NCBI GenBank assembly: GCA_036378275.1
Contig: DASUWV010000093.1
Location: forward strand, 4,291-68,290
DNA: 64,000 nt
Source: Solirubrobacterales bacterium
GTDB lineage: Bacteria; Actinomycetota; Thermoleophilia; Solirubrobacterales; 70-9
Reading direction: 5' to 3'
Notes under the pieces: generated by a model
Databases searched by the model: none
Seen by the model: the letters and a program-made list of their open reading frames with translations, nothing else
What the model was told of the DNA's origin: nothing
In this document: piece after piece, positions 16,716 to 25,497 of the stretch
How positions within the stretch are numbered: the first letter of the stretch is position 1
Layout of the letters: every line of letters begins with the position of its first letter
Program-made: the position numbers and the translations under genes

Positions 16716-18274
16716 GGGTGAGCGTCTTCGTCCATGCGCTCGACTTCGTAGACCTCGGGGACGGTTCCGTCGACCACTGCGGGCTGCGCTCGCAGCGAGG
16801 CGAGGCCGGCCATGACCGCGCCGGGGTGGCGGAGCTTGGCCAGGAAGACTCGCTCGCCTTCGGTGAAGAAGCCGGTCGCGAAAAGCAGCAGCGGGTAGGC
16901 GGCGACCAGGGCGACGCGAATCAGCAAGGCGGCCGCGCCCGAAGTCGCCACCAGGAGTTCGCCGACTCCCACCAGCACGGCGACCGTCAGCACCACCCGC
17001 AGCAGCCTCCCCCACTCGTACGGGACCGGGAACAGGCGCTGGGTGAAGACGTACATCAGCGCCAGCACCACCAGGTAGGAGAGGACGAGGGCGAGGCCGG
17101 CGCCGGTGATCCCCATCGCAGGGACCAGAACCAGGTTGAGGGCGACGTTGGCGGCGAGGGCGCCGATCGCCGCCGGGAAGTTGAACTCGGTGCGGCCGGT
17201 GCGGCCGAGGATCACGACCAGGACGAGGTAGAGCGCGTAGAGGGTGACGGCGGTGGAGATCAGGCCGATCGGCTTGTAGGCATCGAAGAACTTGGGGTCG
17301 GCGAGGGCGCGGACGATCCAGCGCGAGAACAGCCACATGCCGACGACGACGAAGGCGCAGCCGGCGGTGAAGAGGGTGACGACCTTGGCGTAGGTGTTGC
17401 GGGCCTCGCCGTCGTCGCGGATCGAGTAGGCGAGCGGCGGCCAGGCGAGCTGGAAGCCGCGGACGAGGATGTTGACCGCCTGCGCGAACTTGACCGCCAG
17501 CGAGTAGAGGCCGGCCTCGGCGAGCCCGAGCGAGCGGACGATGATCAGCCGGTCGACGAAGTTGAGCAGGTAGAGCGAGACCTCGGCCGGCATCGTCGGC
17601 AGGCCGAAGCGGAAGAGGCGGCGCAGCAGGGCGCGGTCGAAACGGAGCGAGAGGCGGCGATGCTGCCAGACGATCAGGCCGAGGACGAAGACGGCGCCGG
17701 CGCCGTAGCTGCCGACGAGGAGGCCGCGGGCGCCGTCTTCGAAGCCGACCACGAGGACGACCGTGAGCCCGATCGCGGCGAGGACGTTGAGGAGCGTGGT
17801 GGCGAAGTAGGCCCGCGCCCGCTCCTCGAGCCGGAACAGGGTGAGCATGAACTCCCACATCGTCAGCACCCAGAGGCCGCCGATCGCGATCCGGGTCAGT
17901 TCGGCCATCCGCCCCGCTTCGGCCGGGGTCTTGGGGTCGAGCAGGGCTTCGGCGATCGGAGTGGCGAACGGGAGCAGGACCAGCGCGCCGAGCGTCGAGA
18001 GCCAGAAGAGGCCGGCGAAGCTGCTCCTGACGACCTCCCCCTGGTCCTCGTCCTCCTGGTAGTAGAAGCGGAGGATCGCCTCGATCAGGCCGAAGCGGAC
18101 GACGATGCTGGCGGTGACCACGGCGGCGAAGAGGACTTCGGCGGCGCCGTAGTCCTCCGGCGTCAGGTACCGCGTGTAGAGCGGCAGCAGCGCGACCGCG
18201 ATGACTTTGGAGAGGATGCTCGCCGCGGTGTAGGCGGCCCCCGTCGTCGCCAGGCGGCGCAGGTATCCCGACAT
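16712..18274 (-). CDS. Polysaccharide/oligosaccharide flippase (Wzx, MOP superfamily)
   Basis: 520-aa polytopic membrane protein with about 12-14 predicted TM helices, in a glycosyltransferase cluster. Confidence 0.75.
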   Translation of the reverse strand: MSGYLRRLATTGAAYTAASILSKVIAVALLPLYTRYLTPEDYGAAEVLFAAVVTASIVVRFGLIEAILRFYYQEDEDQGEVVRSSFAGLFWLSTLGALVLLPFATPIAEALLDPKTPAEAGRMAELTRIAIGGLWVLTMWEFMLTLFRLEERARAYFATTLLNVLAAIGLTVVLVVGFEDGARGLLVGSYGAGAVFVLGLIVWQHRRLSLRFDRALLRRLFRFGLPTMPAEVSLYLLNFVDRLIIVRSLGLAEAGLYSLAVKFAQAVNILVRGFQLAWPPLAYSIRDDGEARNTYAKVVTLFTAGCAFVVVGMWLFSRWIVRALADPKFFDAYKPIGLISTAVTLYALYLVLVVILGRTGRTEFNFPAAIGALAANVALNLVLVPAMGITGAGLALVLSYLVVLALMYVFTQRLFPVPYEWGRLLRVVLTVAVLVGVGELLVATSGAAALLIRVALVAAYPLLLFATGFFTEGERVFLAKLRHPGAVMAGLASLRAQPAVVDGTVPEVYEVERMDEDAHP

Positions 18275-18283
18275 GGCGAGACC

Positions 18284-19744
18284 TTATGCGGGTTCGCGGA
18301 CCGTCTGGGCCAGCGAGGCGCCGACGGCAAGCAGCACCCAGGTGATCGGGTCCTCGAAGAAGCCTGCGTAGGCGAGGGTGTGGACCAGCAGCGCGACGAA
18401 GGCGGCCAGGATCGCCGCCCGGGCCGCCGTCGGGGTCGACCAGAGGCCGCGGCCCAGGGTCCAGAGCGCCACGCCGATCAGAGCCAGGTAGACGACCAGC
18501 CCGATCAGGCCCTGCTCGGCTGCGACCGTCACCGGCTCGGTGTGGGAGACGGTGACCGGGAGGTCCTTGTTGGATCGGTGCTCTTTGTAAGCGGCTTGGA
18601 AGGAGCCTGAGCCGTAGCCCTGGATCGGGCGTTCGGAGAAGAGGTCGGCGCCGCCGGAGATGAGGCTGCCGCGGCCGCTGAGGTCGACGTTGATCCGGTT
18701 GGTGGTGATCTTGCCGGAGCCGCCGACCAGGAGGACGACGAGGATGGCGCCGATCGCCCCGACGGCGACCGCGGCAAGGGTCCAGCGCCAGCTCCAGCGA
18801 ATCGCCGCCAGCATCGCCAGCCCCGCCAGCAGGGCGAGGAAGCTCGACTGCGAGAAGGTCGGGACGAGCCCGATCCAGAGGACCAGGATCAGGCCGCTGA
18901 GGAGCCAGAACGCCTCCCGAGTCCGCGCCCAGAGCAGCGCCGCGGCCGCAATCACCGTCGCAAGCGCCAGGTAGCGCCCGTAGACGTTGGGGTCCCAGAA
19001 GACCGAGTTGACGCGGAAGTAGGTGTGGAATTCGTTCGAGCGGATGATCTGGTCATTCCAGAAGAGGCTGCGGGTGGCGAGCTCGACGCCGCCGACCAGG
19101 ACGAATGCCGTCGCCTCGACCCCGACCACGGTCAGGACCCAGCGCAGCAGCCGCCGGTCCCAGCGCACGTCTTGGAGCAGGGCGTAGACGATCGTGAACG
19201 GGACAAGGAAGAAGCAGACGTTCTGAAGCCCCTTGGAGAAGTCGGTCGAGTAGAGGGCCTGCAGGGCGTAGAGCAGGACGGCGGCGGCCAGTATCCGCGG
19301 CAGCCATGTGGAACCGGCGGCCGGCGGGTCCTGTCTCCGGAGGGGCCAGTCGCGGGCTGCCGCGGCCACTACTCCGGCGGCGATGACGAGATAGAGCGGG
19401 ACGAGGAGGTTTGCGGATTCCCCCCCGGCATGAAGCGGCACCCGGAAGGGAAGGGCGAAGACGATCGCCAGTGGGAGCAGCACGGCCCAGCGCCGGAACA
19501 GGTAGGTGAGCGCCGCGACGACAGCCGCCCCGATCGCCAGCAGGACGACGACCCGGTCGACGTGGTGCCGCAGGTCGACGATCTGCGGGTTGTGCCACTG
19601 GTCGCCGACGATGAGGACGGGAAAGAGCGCGAGCGCGAGCAGCATCGCCGCCGCGCGCAGGCGCCCGGGCGGCAGCAGGATCGCGGCGCCGCTGGCGGCG
19701 GCCGCAGCGACCAGCCCGACCCCGGCGAGGAGGTCGCTCAGCAT
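18284..19744 (-). CDS. O-antigen ligase/polymerase-like (Wzy_C family) membrane protein
   Basis: Polytopic membrane protein with a large periplasmic-type loop (GRGSLISGGADLFSERPIQGYGSGSF...HTEPVTVAAEQGLIG), typical of the Wzy/WaaL family. Confidence 0.65.
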   Translation of the reverse strand: MLSDLLAGVGLVAAAAASGAAILLPPGRLRAAAMLLALALFPVLIVGDQWHNPQIVDLRHHVDRVVVLLAIGAAVVAALTYLFRRWAVLLPLAIVFALPFRVPLHAGGESANLLVPLYLVIAAGVVAAAARDWPLRRQDPPAAGSTWLPRILAAAVLLYALQALYSTDFSKGLQNVCFFLVPFTIVYALLQDVRWDRRLLRWVLTVVGVEATAFVLVGGVELATRSLFWNDQIIRSNEFHTYFRVNSVFWDPNVYGRYLALATVIAAAALLWARTREAFWLLSGLILVLWIGLVPTFSQSSFLALLAGLAMLAAIRWSWRWTLAAVAVGAIGAILVVLLVGGSGKITTNRINVDLSGRGSLISGGADLFSERPIQGYGSGSFQAAYKEHRSNKDLPVTVSHTEPVTVAAEQGLIGLVVYLALIGVALWTLGRGLWSTPTAARAAILAAFVALLVHTLAYAGFFEDPITWVLLAVGASLAQTVREPA

Positions 19745-20232
19745 CTCGACTTGGCCTTCTTCGGCGAGGGGTGCAGGCGGATCGTCCCCGGCGTGACCAG
19801 CACCCGGTCGCCCAGTTTCACCCGCAGCTTGTAGCGGCCGGGCGGGGCGATCCCGTCGTTGCGCTGCCGCCCGTCCCAGTAGTAGGTGTGGATCGTGTAG
19901 CGCTTGAGGAAGACGTCGCGGGCGAGCGTGAGCACAACCCGGCCGCCGGGCTTGATCACCTGCACCGTGCCCTGGTCGGAGATCGTCGTGCGGAAGGTGA
20001 TCCGGATCCGGTCGCGGCGGCAGTCGCCGTTGGGGGTGAAGCTGTGGACCTTGCGGGTGCCCTTGCGATGGGGCGGGGCGATGAACTGGACCCGGTCGAG
20101 CACCAGCGGATCGCGCTTGACCCGCTGCGAGTAGGCGAAGGCGGCTACGGTCGCGAGGACGAGAAGCGCGAAGACGACGGCGGCCGCGCGTGGGGAGACC
20201 TGCGCCCCACGCTCATTCGCCGGTTTCGGCAT
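19738..20232 (-). CDS. Membrane-anchored protein with an Ig-like (FlgD-Ig-like) beta domain
   Basis: N-terminal TM helix (AAAVVFALLVLATVAAFAY) followed by a beta-rich domain (TFRTTISDQGTVQVIKPGGRVV...GRYKLRVKL). The start was chosen at the internal ATG to limit overlap. Confidence 0.4.
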   Translation of the reverse strand: MPKPANERGAQVSPRAAAVVFALLVLATVAAFAYSQRVKRDPLVLDRVQFIAPPHRKGTRKVHSFTPNGDCRRDRIRITFRTTISDQGTVQVIKPGGRVVLTLARDVFLKRYTIHTYYWDGRQRNDGIAPPGRYKLRVKLGDRVLVTPGTIRLHPSPKKAKSRC

Positions 20233-20986
20233 TGTCCTCGCCGACGACCACGGCGACGGGGGCACCAGCCGAGACGGATTCGATTTCGCCGCTCATCAGC
20301 TGGACCTTCTTGATCTGCAGCTGCTTCGCGACCTTGCTCGCTTCGGGCTTGCGGCCGCGTTTGAACATGACGACGCTGTCGGCGAAGCTGGAGCTGCTGT
20401 TGGTTACGGCGCCGAGCTGGAAGCCCTTCGCTTCCACTTTGTCGCCCCAGGTTGCGGCGAGGCCGGGGACGGCGGTCCCGTTCAGCACCGCGACTTCGAT
20501 TTCGCTCGGCTTCAGCTGCGCCGCCGCCTGCTTGCCGCTGGCGCTGCCGTTGCCGCTGTCGGAGCCGCTCAGCAGCAGGTAGGCGCCGCCCCCGACGACG
20601 ACCACGAGGACGAGGAAGAGCGCCACCAGCGTCAGGGGATTCGAGGCGACCTCGCCGAAGCCGGAGAAGCGCTTGCGCAGCCGCTCGACCCGGCTCTGTT
20701 CCGGCAGCCCTTCCTCGCGCCGCCGCCGCCGTTCCTCGCGGCTCGAGACGGCCTGGTGTTCTTCGGTCCGCGCCTCCTGCAGCGCCCGCAGCTCCTCCGC
20801 CCGCTGGGCGGCGATCGTCGAGGTCTGCTCCTTGCGCTCGGCGTCGCGCTCGGGGGCCGACCCCGCCCACTCGCGCAGGCGGCGGATGTCGCGCCCGTGG
20901 GTGAACGAGAGCAGCGCCAGGACGGCGAGTCCGAGGAACGCGGCGAGGCCGGCGAAGGCGCCGATTTGTTCGATCACATGGACCAA
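20213..20986 (-). CDS. LytR_C domain-containing membrane protein
   Basis: N-terminal TM helix, a charged coiled segment, a second TM helix, then VAVLNGTAVPGLAATWGDKVEAKGFQLGAVTN...VVMF, characteristic of the LytR C-terminal domain. Confidence 0.6.
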   Translation of the reverse strand: MVHVIEQIGAFAGLAAFLGLAVLALLSFTHGRDIRRLREWAGSAPERDAERKEQTSTIAAQRAEELRALQEARTEEHQAVSSREERRRRREEGLPEQSRVERLRKRFSGFGEVASNPLTLVALFLVLVVVVGGGAYLLLSGSDSGNGSASGKQAAAQLKPSEIEVAVLNGTAVPGLAATWGDKVEAKGFQLGAVTNSSSSFADSVVMFKRGRKPEASKVAKQLQIKKVQLMSGEIESVSAGAPVAVVVGEDNAETGE

Positions 20987-21001
20987 GGGGGCCGCGAGAG
21001 C

Positions 21002-22891
21002 CTATTTGTCGGAGCCGACCGCCGCAGCGTCGCCGCCCGGGGAGACGATCAGCTCGACCACGCGATCCGCGAGGTTGGCCTCGTCCCCGGCCATCACCAG
21101 GTGTTCGAGCGAGTTCAAGGTCGACTCGACCCACTCGCCGTCGCGCGGCGTCCGCCGCACCGCCCGGTTGATCCGCCGCGCCGCCGTCGCCTGGACTTCC
21201 TCGTCGTCGGAGAAGAGGGTCTCGTGCAGCTTCTCCCCCGCCCGCGGCTGGGTGAACTCGATCGCGATGTCCTTTTCCGGCTCGTAGCCGGCAAGCCGGA
21301 TCATGTTGTGGGCGAGGTCGACGATCTTCACCGGCTCGCCCATGTCGAGGACGAAGACCTCGCCCTTGCCAGTGCCGATGTCGCCGGCGCGGATCACCAG
21401 CTGCACCGCCTCCGGGATCGTCATGAAGTAACGGGTCATCTCCGGGTGGGTGACGGTGACCGGGCCGCCGCGCTCGATCTGGCCGCGGAAGATCGGCACC
21501 ACGCTGCCCGAGGAGGCGAGGACGTTGCCGAAGCGCACCGAGGCGAAGCGCGTCTCCGGGTACTTTTCGCCGGCCGCCTGGACGATCCACTCGGCCATCG
21601 CCTTCGAGGCCCCCATCACCGTCTGCGGGTTGACCGCCTTGTCGGTGGAGATGAGGACGAAGCGCTCGACCTTGGAGGCGGCGGCGGTCTCGGCGGTGAC
21701 CCGGGTCGCGATCGCGTTGTTGCGGACCGCCTCGAGCGGGTTGGCCTCCATCAGCGGCACGTGCTTGTAGGCGGCGGCGTGGAAGACGACGTCGGGCTTG
21801 AAGCGCTGCATCACCTCCAGCATGCGGTGCGGCTCCTTGCAGTCGGCCAGGACCGACTCGCAGCTGGCGAAGTGGCGCTCCTCGACCATCTCGCGGTCGA
21901 TCTGGAAGAGGTTGTCCTCGGCGTGGTCGAGCATCACCAAGAGGCGCGGTCTCACCTGGGCGATCTGGCGGCAGAGCTCGGAGCCGATCGACCCGCCGGC
22001 GCCGGTGACGAGGACGATGCGGTCGCCCAGGTAGGCGCCGACCCGGTCGAGCTCGCGGACGATCGGCTCGCGGCCGAGCACGTCCTCGACCTGGACCTCG
22101 CGCAGCTGGCGGTTGAGCTGGACGCCGCCGCGGAGCAGCTCGAACACGGTCGGCAGCGTGCGGACGCGGATCTCGCGCTCGCGGCAGGCGGCGACGATGC
22201 GGGCGCGCAGCGTCCCCGGCGCCGAGGGGATCGCGATCACGACTTCGTCGGGGTTGGTCTCGTCGAGGATCCTGTCGATCTCCCGGGTCGAGCCGAGCAC
22301 CTTCAGGCCGAGGATCCGCATCCCCCGCTTGCGCGGGTCGTCGTCGACGAAGCCGATCGCGCCGGAGCCGAGGTTGGGGTTGAGCTGCAGCTCGCGGACG
22401 ACCATCTGGCCGCCGGAGCCGGCGCCGATCACCAGCACCTCGTGCTTGGGCGCGCGGGCGCCGCGGACCGGGCGTTCGACGATCAGCCGCACCCCGAGGC
22501 GGGCGCCGGCAACGAGGATCAGGGTGAGGACGAAGTCGGTCACCTCGACCGAGCGCGGCAGCGTGTGGGCGAACGGCTTGGCGACGGCGAAGATCACCAC
22601 CAGCAGGGCGCTGGCGACGGCGACGGCGCGGAGGATCAGCATGAAGTCGCGGCCGCTGACGTAGCGCCACCACTTCTGGTAGAGCCCGAGGGCGGCGAAG
22701 ACGATCAGCTTGCCGGCGACGACGAATCCGACCGACTGGGCGAAGAGGACCTCGTAGCGATGCGGCCAGCCGTGCGGCTGGTCGAGGAAGCGCAGCTGGA
22801 AGGCGAGGAAATAGGCCAGCGCGACGAGCACGGCGTCGGCCGCGACCTGCAGAACCCGGTTGCGGTAGACGGGGTGGTTCAACCGGCCCAT
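21002..22891 (-). CDS. Membrane-bound nucleotide-sugar 4,6-dehydratase/epimerase (CapD/WbpM/PglF family)
   Basis: Four N-terminal TM helices, Rossmann motifs VLVIGAGSGG and VLVTGAGGSIGSEL, and the ...AAYKHVPLME... catalytic region. Confidence 0.85.
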   Translation of the reverse strand: MGRLNHPVYRNRVLQVAADAVLVALAYFLAFQLRFLDQPHGWPHRYEVLFAQSVGFVVAGKLIVFAALGLYQKWWRYVSGRDFMLILRAVAVASALLVVIFAVAKPFAHTLPRSVEVTDFVLTLILVAGARLGVRLIVERPVRGARAPKHEVLVIGAGSGGQMVVRELQLNPNLGSGAIGFVDDDPRKRGMRILGLKVLGSTREIDRILDETNPDEVVIAIPSAPGTLRARIVAACREREIRVRTLPTVFELLRGGVQLNRQLREVQVEDVLGREPIVRELDRVGAYLGDRIVLVTGAGGSIGSELCRQIAQVRPRLLVMLDHAEDNLFQIDREMVEERHFASCESVLADCKEPHRMLEVMQRFKPDVVFHAAAYKHVPLMEANPLEAVRNNAIATRVTAETAAASKVERFVLISTDKAVNPQTVMGASKAMAEWIVQAAGEKYPETRFASVRFGNVLASSGSVVPIFRGQIERGGPVTVTHPEMTRYFMTIPEAVQLVIRAGDIGTGKGEVFVLDMGEPVKIVDLAHNMIRLAGYEPEKDIAIEFTQPRAGEKLHETLFSDDEEVQATAARRINRAVRRTPRDGEWVESTLNSLEHLVMAGDEANLADRVVELIVSPGGDAAAVGSDK

Positions 22892-22938
22892 TGAGGCTCA
22901 GTTTAAGGCCGAGCCTCTAGGATCACGGATCTTCCCCC

Positions 22939-23589
22939 ATGCCGCATCCATTTCTTTACGCCGATCTGACCGGCCCGATAGTCGACTTCTGCGTCAACGT
23001 GATCAAGGACACCGGCCTTGTCGGCGTCTTCCTGCTGATGCTGGCCGGCAGCGCCTGCATCCCGATCCCGAGCGAGGCGGTGATGCTGTTCGCCGGGTTC
23101 AACGTATCCACCGGCGACCAGACGCTGATCGGCGTCACCCTCGCCGGCCTCGCCGGGAACATGGCGGGGTCCTGGCTCACCTACGCGATCGGCTACTACG
23201 GCCGGATCGACCTGCTGGAGAAGAACAAGCTGATCCACCTGAGCCCGGCGCGCCTTGCCTGGGTCGACAACTGGTTCAAACGCCACGGCGACGCCACCGT
23301 CTTCTTCGCTCGGCTGCTGCCCCTCGTGCGGGCGTTCATCTCCCTGCCGGCCGGCGTCGCCGAGATGCCGTTCTGGCGCTTCACCTGGCTGACCGCGCTC
23401 GGCTCGCTGCCATGGGTGCTCGGCTTCGCGCTGATCGGCCGGGCGGTCGGCGGGAACTGGGAAAACTGGCGCCACCATCTGCAGGTGCTCGACTACCTGG
23501 TGGTCGCGGCGATCGTCGTCGGCGTCGTCTACCTGATCGTCAAGCGCCGGCGCGGCGGCACCGAGGCAACCGGCACGAGCGAGGCTTGA
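22939..23589 (+). CDS. DedA family membrane protein
   Basis: GVFLLMLAGSACIPIPSEAVMLFAGF and FFARLLPLVRAFISLPAG motifs. Confidence 0.85.
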   Translation: MPHPFLYADLTGPIVDFCVNVIKDTGLVGVFLLMLAGSACIPIPSEAVMLFAGFNVSTGDQTLIGVTLAGLAGNMAGSWLTYAIGYYGRIDLLEKNKLIHLSPARLAWVDNWFKRHGDATVFFARLLPLVRAFISLPAGVAEMPFWRFTWLTALGSLPWVLGFALIGRAVGGNWENWRHHLQVLDYLVVAAIVVGVVYLIVKRRRGGTEATGTSEA

Positions 23590-24380
23590 GCGGGATCCCG
23601 GCCCCGCGCGCGGTGGCGCTGGGGCTGGTCCAGGGCCCGGCGGAGCTGCTGCCGGTCTCGAGCTCGGCCCACATCGTCCTCGTCCCCTGGCTGGCGGGCT
23701 GGGACTGGGACGAGGTCGACCCGGAGCTGCGCAAGAGCTTCGAGGTGGCGCTGCACACCGGCGCCGCCGCGGCGCTGCTGATCGGCCAGCGGCGGGTGAT
23801 CGCCGAAGAGCTGCGCCAGTTCGACGGACGCCGGGCGCTGCTGCTCGGGCTCTCCTTCCTGCCGGCCGCGGTCGTCGGCTACACGCTGGAGCGGCCGATC
23901 GAGCGGCGGCTGGGCGGCCCGCGGGCGACCGCCTACGGGTTGCTGGCCGGGGCGGCCGCGATGCTCCTCGCCGACCGGCGCCCGCAGAAGCGCGGTCGCG
24001 GCGACGCGACGCCGATGGACGGCCTGGCGCTAGGGGTCGCCCAGGCGGCAGCGCTGGCGCCCGGCGTCTCCCGCAACGGCGTCACCCTGGCGGCGGCACG
24101 CTGGCGCCGCTTCTCCCGCGACCAGGCGAACCTGCTCTCGCGCACGATCGCCCTGCCGATCATCGTCGGCGCCACCGCCCTCAAGGGCGCCCGCCTGGCC
24201 AAGCGCGGCACCACCCAGGAGCTGCGCCGCTCGCTCGCCATCGGCGTCGCCGCCTCGTTTACTTCCACCCTCGCGAGCCAGCGCCTGATCCAGTTGGTCG
24301 AGCGCGACCGCGCGCTGTGGCCATATGCGGCCTACCGGATCGGTTTGGCAGGTGTTGTGCTCCAGAAACTCCAGCGATAG
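23586..24380 (+). CDS. uppP: Undecaprenyl-diphosphate phosphatase
   Basis: LVQGPAELLPVSSSAHI and PGVSRNGVTLAAA motifs. A TTG start at 23586 overlapping the dedA stop is preferred over the ORF-track extension. Confidence 0.85.
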   Translation: MSGIPAPRAVALGLVQGPAELLPVSSSAHIVLVPWLAGWDWDEVDPELRKSFEVALHTGAAAALLIGQRRVIAEELRQFDGRRALLLGLSFLPAAVVGYTLERPIERRLGGPRATAYGLLAGAAAMLLADRRPQKRGRGDATPMDGLALGVAQAAALAPGVSRNGVTLAAARWRRFSRDQANLLSRTIALPIIVGATALKGARLAKRGTTQELRRSLAIGVAASFTSTLASQRLIQLVERDRALWPYAAYRIGLAGVVLQKLQR

Positions 24381-24455
24381 CAGCCATTTCCAAATTTTGG
24401 AGAAATTTGGATTTGATTTGGAGTTCCGCTTGGTCAGGCTGAAAGAATCGACCGC

Positions 24456-25457
24456 GTGACCGACGCCTACGCCAAAGCCGGGGTCGACCAGGGGGCGGCC
24501 GATTCGGCCGTGGCCGGGCTGGTCCGGGCGCTGGGGGCGGTCAACCTCGAGCGGCCGTCGCTGCAGGTGCCGCTGCCGGGCCATTACGCAAGCGTGGTCA
24601 GGTTCGACCAGGCGACGGGGATCGCGTTCTCGACCGACGGGGTCGGCACCAAGCTGGTCGTCGCCGAGGAGTTGGGGAAGTTCGACACGGTCGGTATCGA
24701 CTGTGTGGCTATGAACGTCAACGACGTGATCTGCGTCGGCGCCGAGCCGCTGGCGATGGTCGACTACGTCGCCGTCGACAAGGCCGACCCGGAGGTCTGC
24801 GAGGAAATCGGCGTCGGCCTCGCCCGCGGTGCCGAGATGGCCGGGATCGAGGTCACCGGCGGCGAGCTCGCCCAGCTCGGCGAGCTGGTCCGCGGCGTCG
24901 ACGTCTCCGGCGCCTGCATCGGCCGGGTCGAGCTCGACGCGATCGTCGACGGCGCCGCGGTCGAGCCCGGCGACGTCGTCATCGGCCTTCCCTCCAGCGG
25001 CATCCACTCCAACGGCTATACCCTCGCCCGCTCGGCCCTGGCCGGGATCCCGCTCGACGAGGACCCCGAAGGGCGGCTCGGCCGGCCGCTCGGCGAGGAG
25101 CTGCTGCGGCCGACCGAGATCTACGTCAAGCCGATCGTCGCCCTGCTGCGCTCCGAGGTCGAGGTCCGCGGCCTCGCCCACATCACCTCCGGCGGCACCA
25201 GGAACCTGCTCCGCCTCGCCGCCGGGGTCGGCTACGAGATCGACGACCCGCTCCCGCCCCAGCCGATCTTCGAGTTGATCCAGGAGCGCGGCCAGGTCTC
25301 CGACGAGGAGATGAGCGAGGTCTTCAACATGGGCTGCGGCTTCTGCGTCGTGGTTCCGGCGGGTGACGAAAGCGCCGCCTTGGAGCTGCTGCGGGCTCAC
25401 TACCCCGCCGCCAAGCGCATCGGCCGCGCAACCGAAGGCCCACCACGGATTCTCTGA
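24456..25457 (+). CDS. purM: Phosphoribosylformylglycinamidine cyclo-ligase (AIR synthetase)
   Basis: YAKAGVDQGAAD, STDGVGTKL, GIDCVAMNVNDV, GAEPLAMVDY and SSGIHSNGY. Confidence 0.9.
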   Translation: MTDAYAKAGVDQGAADSAVAGLVRALGAVNLERPSLQVPLPGHYASVVRFDQATGIAFSTDGVGTKLVVAEELGKFDTVGIDCVAMNVNDVICVGAEPLAMVDYVAVDKADPEVCEEIGVGLARGAEMAGIEVTGGELAQLGELVRGVDVSGACIGRVELDAIVDGAAVEPGDVVIGLPSSGIHSNGYTLARSALAGIPLDEDPEGRLGRPLGEELLRPTEIYVKPIVALLRSEVEVRGLAHITSGGTRNLLRLAAGVGYEIDDPLPPQPIFELIQERGQVSDEEMSEVFNMGCGFCVVVPAGDESAALELLRAHYPAAKRIGRATEGPPRIL

Positions 25458-25497
25458 CTCGCCTCGACAGCGCAGGCGTCGTAACGTTGGCGCGCAA

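Noticed and set aside
14891-18610. 1239-aa plus-strand ORF spanning several polysaccharide genes.
   Set aside because: It is antisense or out of frame to four well-supported genes, with repetitive R/G/A/D/E-rich composition. This is typical of stop-codon depletion in high-GC sequence.
20145-22673. 842-aa minus-strand ORF overlapping the capD-like and LytR_C genes, with comparable long ORFs at 46856..49435, 50251..51984 and 54713..56434.
   Set aside because: These are alternative-frame or antisense ORFs with Arg/Pro/Gly-rich low-complexity translations, while the other frame encodes clearly recognisable proteins (CapD, GyrA, GyrB, DnaA/L34).
22894-22917. 7-bp inverted repeat GAGGCTC-N10-GAGCCTC between the capD-like gene and dedA.
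   Set aside because: It is short and of a kind expected fairly often. It is noted only as a possible operator and is not strong enough to report.
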